Positions 49,201 through 61,398 of a stretch of DNA of 64,000 nt are shown here, in pieces. The first letter of the stretch is position 1. Each line of letters begins with the position of its first letter. Source of the stretch: Ascidiella aspersa. Taxonomy: Eukaryota. Both the position numbers and the translations under genes were made by a program. A model generated the notes under the pieces. It was not told where the DNA came from. It saw only the letters and a program-made list of their open reading frames with translations, and did not search any database. The DNA is taken from the NCBI GenBank assembly GCA_963924565.1, contig OZ004615.1:18290001-18354000 (forward strand). Direction: 5' to 3'.

Positions 49201-52200
49201 TTTTTTTTCACTCTAATCTAACACAAAAATTTGTAATAATTGTACAAAAGCAGATTCTTAAAGATTCCCAAATATCGCTCGGCACCCTTGAGAATTAGAA
49301 ATGGCAAGACCAAGTGTAGGTGGCCTTACCTGTGAATGTCGTCAGACCTAAAGGTCCCAGAGTTGATTAGCACCATGTCCGAACGTGTCACCGCCGCCAT
49401 TATGTCGGCCACAAAGTTGCCCAGACGGGTTTCCTTGGTCCTGACTGACTTGAACGTGCCGTCGAGGTCCGCCTACAGTTAGACAAAAGAAGGGCGTTAC
49501 CATTTTTGCCACAACGTATTGTTTGCTTTGACTGCGGTTTAGATAAGAAACACGCGGCTTTGTTTCGCCTACAACAGTCAACATTAGGAAGGTGATATTT
49601 ATTTCGATGTATTAAGGTAAGCTTTTGTCGACCGATCTAAAGTTGGTGTTTCAACTAGTATTTAGTAAAGATCCATTTCAATAGCTCAACATAGGAAAAA
49701 CAGGTCACGTTTTTATGAACAACAATGCAGCAACTTTTGTGTGAAACATTTGCGCTTTTATCGAACTTTTACACAGATGGCGATCCCAGACACACAAACA
49801 GTAGACTTATTTTGATTTCTATTTAAAAAAACATTAAAAAATATCTTGAATAGGTGGGCGAAATATTCCCCGCTTCGTTCTCACGCATATTTTAGGGGCC
49901 ACATAAAGTGCCAGATTTTAGGGCAGAGCTTCACAAAGTGTCCAACTGGCGATGAACTGAGTAAAATAGGCTGTAAGTTTGTTTCGCATTTGCAGCAAAA
50001 ACTGCAACCTTTAAAAACACGTTTTTTAACAATTATCACTTGCCTTGATTTCGCCAATCTTTCTGTCCAAGCCTCGCTCGAGCGCTTGCATGTAAGTCCG
50101 AACGATATCCGCCATTTCCGGGTCCTCGGGTATCGCACGGGTGACGTCATGTCGCGTAAGTCTGACGTCAACGCACTCGTCGTCGCGCATGAACACGTCC
50201 ACCGTGGAAAAGTTACGGAAATCGGCGCCGCTTTTGACCACCAAGCATTCTGACGTAATAATAGGTAATCGCTAGAAATCTTGTTGTTGTAAATACTTTT
50301 TTTATATTCAGCCACAATTTGGCTATTCAATTTGGCCCTGATAAAAATTGTTTCTTTTTTTTTGTTAAAATATTTATAAATATTGCCGACTTGTCGATTT
50401 TGGATTAATTTGTAATGCTTGTTTCTAGCCTTGTTAGTTGGCCAAGTAATTTACAAATTGCCCTACAAAGCTATTACACAAAAGAACACACAATATTGTA
50501 CTTAATTATCTTAATACTCTATTACGACGTTTAATTTTAAATAAAAAATAACAGTAAAGGGTCAAAAAACAAAACTTTTCCAGATTTCAATAAATCCACA
50601 AAAAACTTTTTGTATTTTTTTTCCGATAGGGATATCTGGGGTATCGTCTCGGTTCCAACACTGTTGGTTTGATTTATCGTACCAAATACCATTGCCAGTG
50701 TACTGTATTACGTTATGCGTCTATAGTGCTTAATTTGGAATATACGATTGGAACCAATATATTCATATAACTAGACAAACAAACAAATATTCTATATTAT
50801 ACCAACTGAAATGTGTTTTTTTTAATCCCATATAAAACCGTAGAACCACGTTCTTAAAACTACAATGTTTTCACATGGTTAAAATCCAATGCCTGTTTCA
50901 AAAGGATCGGCACTAAACAACCGCAGTGCCGATGACTCAATACTCATTCTCGACTGACTTAATCCATTGTTCTCAACATTCACTTTCCGATTTCTTACCA
51001 TCGATTTCCTTGACCCCGTATTCGTGGTCGTGTCCCCCTAGTATCAGGTCGATGTCGGGGACCTCCTTGGCGAGCCAGGTGTCGTTGGGCCACCTCATGT
51101 GGGTCAGGGCTATCACGAATTCAGCGCCTTCCTCCTAAAATGATGCGCTGGGTTAGAAGGATATAGACCAGCGGTTCCCAAACTAGGGTCCGCGGACCAA
51201 CTGGGGTCCGTAGAGCAGTCAATGACAATTAGTTTTTAAAGCTTTAAAGCAGTTTCAGAGGGTTTGTAATGTACAGCAATAATTGTAATTCGATAATAAA
51301 GCTTTTTCGGGTATATCGATGAGTTAATTGCAGCAAAACAAGTGCACCCATCCAATTAAACGCTTACCATATTTGTTAGTTTTTGCTTTTTCTTTCTTTG
51401 GTGAGGTTTTTGCATTAGCATTTTTTTCTATAGCATTCTTTGATTTTTTATAGGGCCGCGAAATATCAAAATAATTTTTAAGGGTTTACCAGGAAATTTT
51501 TTTAGAAAAGTTTGGAAACCGCTGATATAGACGATGTCTCTGGATATTGGACTCGGTCGAATAGCGCGTGTTGCACATTTGCTCGTCCAGTGGCAAAAGG
51601 CAATTTTAATATGATTTCAAGCGTTGGATTTTGAAAGTTTGGTAAATTAGTTGTATAAAACCTTTCGGGTGGATTTCCAAACACTGTCAGGAAGCATCGT
51701 TTTAAACCAATAAGATTACTATATTTTTTATTAATAAAAGGATGTATATTTAAGATTTGTTTGCTGTGTTGCTATTTTGTTTTCAAAAAAATACTGCAGT
51801 GGAATTTAACGAACACATTTGAGCGTTGGACGAAAAATTATTTTTTAACATATGTTGTATGCATGGACTTTTCGTAATCTGGAGAAACAACTTTTTCGTA
51901 TTAAAATGGCAAACATGCAAAACTGAATAAACGCTATTCAGTAAATAACTGATAACATTTTTGTATTTTCCTATTGTCTTTGTCTTGTAGTGAGAAAGAT
52001 TGTCAATGTGTTAATATTTCTTTGAACCAAATGTGCCGCGAATATTCTATTAATTTTCTTAAGTGGGCTGAAATTTTAAGAAGCACTGAAGTTAATGCTT
52101 GTTACCCGCAGTTCGGCGGCGATCTCCCTTCCGCGTGTGACGTAATCGCTGAAGTCGAGGTCGCTTTTGTCGACGGTGGCCAGCGTCTCCAGCCATTCCT

Positions 52201-55200
52201 CCTCAACGAGACCGAGGAAGCCGATCTGGGGAAGTACCGCGTCATTACGAGAGAAATTTTATGAATCGGAAAATACTTTATTAACTATTTTTTTAAGATT
52301 TTTTTTTTTTTTTTTAGTTTTCACGTTTGAACACCAAACATTCTTCGCAATGCTCGACTAGTGCACTAGTTAGAAACACACATCACTGATAGTTCAATTT
52401 CAGATTAAATAATTTGTAATATTATTAACAAAAATAATTTTCCGCCACGGTATAATAAAACCTTAGCCATTGAAATATAAGAATTGATTGTCTTCAATCG
52501 GCTAAGAAATGGTGAAATAAGGGTTTTTAACATACATCATAACTATTACTCCTAAAAACATTCGGAGAATGTAGAATACATTTAGTAAAGTGTTAACGTT
52601 CGTGATATTCAGTTTTTTTGAATTACTTAACTCAATAACTTGAAATCAATCCGACCGGGAAAACGACCTACAAGATTTATTTTTTTTTATAAAAGGCGAC
52701 CAGTTTCGTGGAACTGTACACGTAAAACTGTTTTCCTGTGTTATGTTTAGTTTGGGGTGTTTGCTTTGTCATATTGCTCAGAAAAAAGTACTAATTTAAA
52801 GTGTTTACTGTTTAAGATTATTTGATGCCAATGAATTAGACTGGGACTTGACATTTGTTCAAATAAATGTGCTTGTAGTAAAGGTACTAAATTTGGACAA
52901 TTATTTAAAAACATCTTGCTAACAACACTGGTGTAATCCACAGTTATTTTAACTTACTTTCATCCCGTTATGTTCCTTGATCAGTTTCGTCTTTCCCTCG
53001 ACGAGGTTCCGCTTGGTGAGCTGGTCAACCACGTTGCTTAGCAACCAGGTGGAGTCCATCTCCGAGATGCACTTGACCGCGTGCTCGACCCCAAAGTCGA
53101 ACTCGTGGTTCCCAAAAACGGCCACGTCGACCTTTGTGCAAGGTCGAAGTATTAGGTTGATGAAGGAAAATCGAATATGGATGAACCATCGAAGTCACAC
53201 ATGCAACTATTTAACTATTGTTATTAAAATATTTTTATTTGGTAAGTCCAGTTAAAAAATCGAAACACAAGGAACAGGGTTTTGGCAAATATATGTCGAT
53301 TTTACTGAACGTTGTGGTTATAAATATAAATATTATTTATTAAAATTTCAACATCCTTACATCGTACTACAATGACAATCTGTAGCACGTAAAAAAATAA
53401 TTGACAGCTGAACTATATATGTGTTTAATCGAGCGTAATAGGATCTTTTCTATAAATGCTTTTTTAAGCGAAATTGACAGCCAGGATAAAACGTGTTTAA
53501 AAATTGTAATTTTTTTTAATGCAAGGCTATTATGGGTCAAAAAATAAGATATAGACAACTTCTCCAAAAAGTGGCTGACCAATAAACACAATTTGCATTT
53601 TTTTCGTGTGAATTTCGCAACATTTCTAAGCCTTTGGTCTGCAGAAGAATAACAAATCGGCAAAGCTTGCATGCATCATCCCGAACATTCCAATTAATAA
53701 TGCATAGCGACATATGAAGTCAAAATAATTATCCACATATGGCATCGAAACAACTATGGTATAGTGTACAAAGAGCAACTGCATAACATTAACAAGGCAA
53801 GTATCCATAATTCATCCAAACTTTGTTGTATAAAATACAGTAACTATACAAGCGCGTTGAAAGGGTTTATATTGGTTTTACCTTTGCACTCTAAGAGTCC
53901 AAGCTACGGCTATTACCTCGACAAACAACGCTAAACAGTTAATACTCACCTTGATTTTGTTGAGGACTTTCACCATGTGAGCACCCTGGGTGGCACAACT
54001 TAGGGTGGACGGGTTAAGGCAGTCACCCCCGAACAGAACCAGGGGCCTGACCCCCGTTTCGCGTGTCAGACGTTCCGCCTCACGACGCATGGCCTCCGCG
54101 AACCGCGCTGCGCCACCTACCGGCTCTTTGGTGCGCTCCGAAATCTCGTACACGTCATTGAAGTGAAGGATGCTCAGGCGGTTGCGTACCTGGTAAAATA
54201 CGTCGAAATTCGTGTAAGGGAACGGGTTCGAATGATGCTTTATTAAGGTTATCGCCCTAAAAAGAAGTTAAAATTCTTATTTGTTGTTTTAAAATAGGTT
54301 TAACGGATATATATAAATATAACGGAAGCATTTGCGTTAGGGGTGGTTGAACTTGGATGACCCTAATGTGTGCCTAAAAATTTATTACTTTAAGTAAAAT
54401 TTGAACAATTCTAACATTACAGTTGTGGCTTATTTAACGCATAACAAATAACAGAAAAATTAAAAATTAAAACTTTATTTTGTGAAGAGCACTAGTTTTA
54501 TGACCTTCTGTGTTTATTCCGTTGGATTTTTTGTGTAGTCGTGTATTGTTATACAGAATTAATGGTGCTGCCGTAAGTATTCCAATTTGTTGAGGTATTT
54601 TGAAACTTGAATTTCAGCTAAAAAAAGGTCAAGTAGATCGACATCATCTTGAATGAGACGTTTTGATAAGAACTTAAATTATCTTATATTTAACTGAAGA
54701 TGATACAAGTTCGTATTGAAAGGCCTTAATCAAGATAATGGCGATTTACTAGCCGTTTTAGGTTTTGTAATTTATTGTCAAGCTGCATTACAGATCCGTG
54801 CATAGTGTACCCAAGAATGTTATAACTTGTTTAATGACGATTTTACAGAGTATAGCAGTTAGGACAAAGTGCAAAAGTGCCACGTAACATACAAAACGGT
54901 GCAAATTGGGACGTTACGCGAACCATAAAAATACGATTGTCACCTTACAGGTGTCGTTCCTGGCTATAGTGCGACAACGAGAGTCGAGCGCTATTTTTAA
55001 AAGATCTCCTGACCTGTGTCATGCGTCACGTGATGAAACACGCCTAAGTTCACACATATTTACGAAGGCGAGTTCACACAACCCGAAGCGAGACGAGAGT
55101 TTCGCGACTGCGTATATCGCAAAAAAAACATCTTAATTGTCGGTTCGTCTCGACGGGCCGGTATTCGATTACGGGAAAGTACCGAAAGCGCGAGAGCCGT

Positions 55201-57811
55201 GCAAATCGGTGATTTTGCGGTCGGCATTGTGTGATTTGCAACGGCGCCAACGACACACTGCTGGAAAAATTGCAAATTTTCTGTGTTTTTTTTTCGGTTG
55301 CTGTCCGACATGTTGCTAAGATCTGTTATCCAAAAAAATGACAACAAAAATCTGAATAATCCTGTTCGGGTTCAAATGAATGTAAGTGAAACATTCGCGA
55401 TCAAAAGAAATGCCTATTAAACAAAATTAATAAGATGATAGCTAAATTAAAGCGTAAACAGCTACATTAGTCCAACTTTATTGTTGAAGTGATTTTGGAT
55501 CACATTGATACATCTGAGGTTATCCTAATCATATAAACATGGTTTAAAATTGATCACTGCAGGTGAAGCTACCCAGTGCTGTGGACAGCAAATGGTAGTT
55601 TATATAAATGTTAAAATGAGTAAAGTCAATGACTTGCCTTGAGTTACTGATTTTAAATGACTTGACTTAACTTAATCCGTTTTGGTAAAACTATCCCACT
55701 TGATTACTTGGACTTTATAATGTATTTTTTTCATTTTAAAATACATTAAATATAATTTGGTTATTCATCTCAATTTTTACAATTAGTTTGTTACATGTTA
55801 AACTTTTGTTATTTTTAGTTGAGTTATTTTTTAATTTAGTTATTATAATCATAATTGGATAAGTTTACCTACTTTAATAGTTTACCGTTTTGGTTTCATA
55901 ACAATGACTTGACTTGGAATTGACTTGTTCTAATAACGACTAAACTTGGACTTGACTTGGGCATCAGTTGTCGTTATTAGACTTGGACTGGGACTGGACG
56001 TGTTTTTTTTACAAATGACTTGACTGGGACTTAGGTTCTTTTTTGAAATGACTTGTTTACCACTGTGGCTTATATCGACTATAGTTCGACAACACCGGAC
56101 ACCCCTAAATAATTAATTAGTCCGCGATAAACCCAAAAGTATCGAATATTCTACGTTGTGGAGAATAGGTCGTCAAAGGTTTTACAAAATAAATTTGCTG
56201 TACGCCTTAGCTTAAAGCCTTTTAACAAAATATAAACCCAGTTTATATCATAGGCACTTAAACCCAGCTTTTTGTTCTGTCCGCTCTGTTTGTGTGACAT
56301 CCATTCGCACGTCTGGAGAAAATAGCAGTGGTCTTAAAGCGAGCATGAAAACAAAAATAAATAAATAAATAAAAAATAAAAACTTGTCAGATGGCAAGAG
56401 GATGGGCGGGAGGTACAGCAGTACTATTGGGTCTGGCATGAAGTGATCGCTTGAACTGTCCTACAGTTTCTGTTTGTCACTGTTGTTTGGAATGTAATTC
56501 TTAGTGAGGCAAGCAAGCTCTCGCGTTCGGTAAACTCCCTAAGTGACAGCTGTTCTGAAGGTAGAAGCAGCCATCAAAAGTTCGCAACGACCTTGGGTAA
56601 ATAGCTATGCCGGCGACGTTAACGTTATTGATATTGGGGGAAACTTTAGTTGTCAATGCTGAATGTATATCTACAACGCCGCGACCAACTCGCTTATAGT
56701 TAACCATTGTTCGCACTTTGCAGTAATTATAGAAATTCACAAGGATATGTTAATGTGATTGTGTTGCTGCGTGGAACATGTAATGTTATTTTAGACCATC
56801 TTGCATCCCAATTATAAATCATCAACGCTTTATAGTTTACTAAATAACTAAAGCGATTATTTCTCAACCCGTAGAACAATAACGACATTCGCAATATAAG
56901 CATTGATGCTCTCGTCAACTACACAGGACTATTTAAGTTCGTATCGATGGCAACACGTAGCATCAAATCAATGGATATCGCTTATAGGAAATTTCGTGGT
57001 ATTAATTTACAAATTAATCTTTAAACCGTAAAGAACTTGTATATTGGAGTTTACTGTATTTTTGTTTATCTATAAAACATGTTATTATTTTTTTCAATGC
57101 TGTAAACACCGAGTCCATTTTTGGTTTGAATGAACAGCTTTGCTAGGTAATCAAAACTTACTTTTCGCTATATGTGATGTTATACCTATAGGTTTCTGTT
57201 TCGTTTCCCCAAAATGACTGAAATCATTGACTTCATCCTTTACAACACCGAGGTATACCATTAATATCGATGTAACAAAACGCAAAAAAATAGTGTACCT
57301 TACAAGCGTCATTTTTTACAAGCGTCACCCAGTTTGGAAACAGCAAACAAAAACCTTAGCAGTATATAGCTAGAAAAAAACCTACCCCTTGCGGCAGCGC
57401 TTTGCCAGACCCGGCCAGCGAATTCTCGTGTCCGGTCGACGGAGCCTCGTCCAGTTCCGAGCTGGACAGGGTGGTCCGGTTGCCGCCCTTTCGCCTCTTA
57501 CCGGGCCGCGAGTCTTTCTCGGCGGTTGCGGCGGCGCCGTTTTCGTCGGAGGGCTTGACGAAGTGACTGCGCAGCCAGCGGTTCTCAAGGCCCCGAGTAA
57601 CGTCAGTCGGTGCCAGGCGCTGCGTCTCCAGTAGGTCAGCCTTGCTGGCCGCTTTCAGTCCGACGTCGGCCGCCCCCGTCTCCGGGTTGCGCTGGTTGTC
57701 GTCCGAGTCTTCTTCGTCCAACGATCCGTTGCCGCTGCTCGCCTGTCTCGCCAAGTCGCCGCCCATCGGCTTGACCTGCTGGCCTCTTCCGCTGCTGCAG
57801 CAGCATCCCAT
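46220..57811 (-). CDS. 5'-nucleotidase-family metallophosphoesterase (Metallophos + 5'-nucleotidase C-terminal domain), no signal peptide; isoform starting MGCCC
   Basis: Exons 57811-57386, 54189-53950, 53131-52958, 52225-52106, 51134-50999, 50249-50044 (GC donor), 49472-49330, 48454-48307, 47646-47368, 46633-46220. Motifs ILHFNDVY, EPVGGAARF, GGDCLNPS, GNHEFDFG, ALTHMR, LILGGHDH, ETRLGNFVAD, INSGTFRSD, EGRFPQVS and GKDGY. Confidence 0.9.
51169..51524. mobile_element. hAT MITE in 5'-nucleotidase intron
   Basis: Ends CAGCGGTTCCCAAACT and AGTTTGGAAACCGCTG; perfect TSD ATATAGAC. Confidence 0.88.
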
Positions 57812-60800
57812 TTTGGGAGAACTGCTTGAAACCAGCATTGGGTTAGTGGTTGTGTATAATCTGTATACTTTTAAAAGTCGGAACGCTTGTTGCGGGCGAC
57901 GCGTCGTTACTACGTTTTAACAGTTTGACGTTTCACTTTTGAGAGTTTTTTAGGGAATATCAACGATTTTGATGCACGTGCCCTAAGCGTTGACCGTTTT
58001 TTCGTACGGGTTGTATATTACAGTGACACACGTATGTATACATGGTGAGTTTCGGGAAAACCGTATCAGTATTTAAAATACTTATAATGTAGCAGCAGTG
58101 CCTGCTTAAACAAGTGAAAAATTAATAGTATTTGGTATAATAGCTATATAGAAAGAAATTCCTATATATATTGTATATTAGACTGCATGGCTACATGATA
58201 TTTCCATACGCAATTAGTCCAGCCAAAAATATACGATTAAACTGATGTGAGTGATATATGCCGCTACTTCTACACAATTAACGATAATATAGTAAATCTA
58301 TTCACTTTAAAAATAAAAACAATATGTCAAATACGTTTATAAAAACTACTTTTTACCTGTTTGTGTTTGGATGGTTTACTTCAGACAGGCTGTCGATCCC
58401 ATTGCGTTCGAAAGGACAGTCAAAGATATCTTCGTCCAGCTGGGAAATCGGAGATTCGTTTACTGTCCGTGAAGCGACGCTGATTTCGCTCTGACTTTGC
58501 GTCCGTAGGCTCGGCTTGCGAATGGAAACGTTGTCGCCGATCCGGCACAAATGGAAAAGTGCGCTGCTCGAATCCTTGCAGTCGATAAGCTTTTTCTGGC
58601 AACAGCTGAGAAACGATTCGGTCCCGGTCGATTTGTGACTAAACAATCGCTGTTCTGTGCCGTTCGAATTGCTTTCGACCGACGTGCGAGCTTGATCGGT
58701 CGTTTGGCTAGCAGCAACCAAGGGCAATGCTTCTGGCGGCTGTGTTTTGATTAGGCTCCTTTCGTTTTGGGAAGACGGCTGCGGACTTTGCGGTCCTTGT
58801 CCCGTCCTAATCTCTGTAAAAGGCATAAAAATCGTATTTTGTTTTTTAAGTAATCAGTTATCTTTATCAATAGAGTGAAGCACAATCATTTCGCACAGCC
58901 TATACACTTCAACAACTATGGGGTTTGGCAAGACCCAGTGCTGAGAACAGCCCCTGTTATACATATTCTAACCATTAAAATGTGTAAAATAAAATGACAC
59001 CGTAAACTTTGAGAGATTATAAAAGCTATGTTTATAAAACTTATGGTGAACGTGTTTATATAGAACAGTAAATTAACTTCGTTTTCGAGAATTTCGTTAT
59101 TTTTCATTTATAAATATAATTGCTGGGCCAATTTTGCAAAACATCCATTCAGATATTTTCTATAGACAGATAGTTTTTGGCACGACTAATGACTTTAGAT
59201 CACAGCTTTATATAAACCTAATGTTTTGAGCTGATCTAATCTTTAATAGTAGTGTACTATCGTTCGTAAAGGTATGACGCATAATGTTTTATACAGCCTC
59301 CTCGTAACAGTAATGATGAATCTGGTTTTATGGCTAGGGAAACACTTAGTAAAAACGCCAAATACACCTAATGCATATTATACTACACACGATACTGCGT
59401 AGGTACAAACGTGTGGCGTAGTCGGTTAATAAGCTATTTATCAAGCCTAATGACGCTTGTAAATGACGAACCCAATGAGAGGCTCGAAATAAGGCTGACC
59501 CTAAAAACACGCATTGCTCACAATTACACACCCGCCTCTGCAGAAAGTTATAATAAATAACGTTAAAACATAAATTGGTTAAAAACATACTTATTTAGAA
59601 TTAAACTAAACGATACTCACACTCCTCGGCGCAATTTCACATTCTTAAATGGCAAACAAGAGAGTTAAAGTTACACTGCAATTAAACTACATTTTGTCAT
59701 ATTTGTGAGTTTCTATATAGTTATGCATTGTTATGACGTCACAATATAGTTTTATACAAAAAAGGGTACTTTGATTTACTTTTTAAATTACATTGAAAAA
59801 AGGGTTTTGAATTTTTGTATAATATAAAAGACAGTGCCTTAGTACCACGTACATTGGTCAAATACTCTAATCTAAACGCCAAAGGACTATTTGTGCTTAA
59901 TTTGGCTCCATTAAGCCATCATATGAATCAAATCAACTTGGGCTTTGTTACCAGTTATGTATTCGTTTGCAAATAACGATAAGACGAAGGCTTGACGCAG
60001 TGTTGTGGAAAAGACTGGGTCAAATAGTATAATAATTTAGGTATTTTAATAAATGACGCAACTTAGACATGTTAAACATAGCATTGTTGTGTCAACGCTT
60101 TAGTAAATCCCTTAAATATTTGGGTACCTAAAGCTACCTGTTTTCTTGCAAAACGTCATCGCCTGTTGTTCTGTATTTAGATAGGCCATATTACTACCAT
60201 AAGCCCATTTGTTGAATTTTTTAAGACTCGTTTAAAACAGGCCTGCGTTCAACGACGTGTGCAAAATTCGGTAAATAATTACCACTCGTTTAATGTTGGA
60301 CAAATGTCGCCAGTAGTTTATTGGTGTGTTGGGTGCAGCCTTGTCACGCGAACAGTGCACGGGAAGGGTTTCGGGGTATTTTATGTTTACATATATCACG
60401 GGATTAACAGGACCCTATAGAAACGCTCTACGCCTGCAAACAAAATAATTTTTTTCAGAAAAAGAAACATAAAAAAGTTCATGAAGTCAAAATACCAATA
60501 AAGACGGAGGGGTGTGTAGCCTACCATTGTTTACGCCCTACCCAGGTAGTGCGCTTAGATATAATTTAACATTTGACGTTTACCGAGTGGATGCTAAACG
60601 CCACTATGTAAAAATGTTTTTAAACCCAATGCAGACCGAATGCAGTAAATCTTAGAATAAAATGTGAGTCATTTATCTGGGCTTAGAAGTGTGCAAGAAT
60701 AAACGCGAGAACTAATGTTTTAAAATGCTGCACGCCAACTTTGTCAAGTGGTTTGTTGCGAACGTTGTCAGGTCGGCCAACGGTCTCTGGGAAGGCGCAC

Positions 60801-61398
60801 GTCACGAGCTATCATTCATTATTAAGGGAGGGGTGTCGACAGTTCGCCAAACAGATCACCGAAGCTACACGTGGGGTGACCTTGCGCGACCTTGGTCTGT
60901 GGCATTACGTTCAGTCATGTTACCGCGCATAATCTTGCTGCTGTCAGACCTGGCAAAGCGAACACATTACACGCTGCCCCTGGGTTCTTATCCAGTTTAA
61001 TAAAGCGCACCCATATTTTCACTGTTAACATTTAATGCAACTTGACAAAAATAAACTTAACATTTAACGAACGGGTAAATTATTAATTTAAGTGCAACGA
61101 TCGGACATATTCGGCTGAAGGAGTAGCTTTCACAAAACACTAAAATTAAACCCTTATAAATCGATAATAGCATTCGTATTCTGGATTGTGTTGATCTTTA
61201 GCACAATCCTAATGCAAATTGCTGAGCGCCGGCCATTTAAAGGTTGTTAAAAGCATTTTACCATTAACCTACTTCGACAAGTCATCGACTGCGATTTATC
61301 GAATAAACTACGCACAACACAGTGACCTAACATTAGCAGACTACAGTACAAATTTAACCAACGTTTAACACTATGTACTTACCGCATAGGTTTCTCAT
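54944..61398 (-). CDS. Candidate alternative 5' exons of the 5'-nucleotidase-like gene (isoform starting MRNLCEIRTG)
   Basis: Coding 61398-61383 (MRNLC, donor GTAAGT, phase 1), then 58813-58357 (strong acceptor TTTTATGCCTTTTACAG, open, phase 1 in and 2 out), then 55013-54944 (phase 2 in and 0 out), joining exon 54189 in frame. Supported by phase logic only; no homology recognised. Confidence 0.5.
55620..56065. repeat. GACTT/GACTTG-repeat element, probably a MITE remnant
   Basis: Clusters of TGACTTG(G)ACTT at ~55629-55670 and ~55905-56056, ending GACTTGTTTACCACTG; left terminus not resolved. Confidence 0.5.

Noticed and set aside
58814-58826. ORF-track start MPFT for the 157-aa ORF
   Set aside because: The ATG lies inside a strong polypyrimidine/AG acceptor, so the ORF is more plausibly an internal exon starting at 58813.
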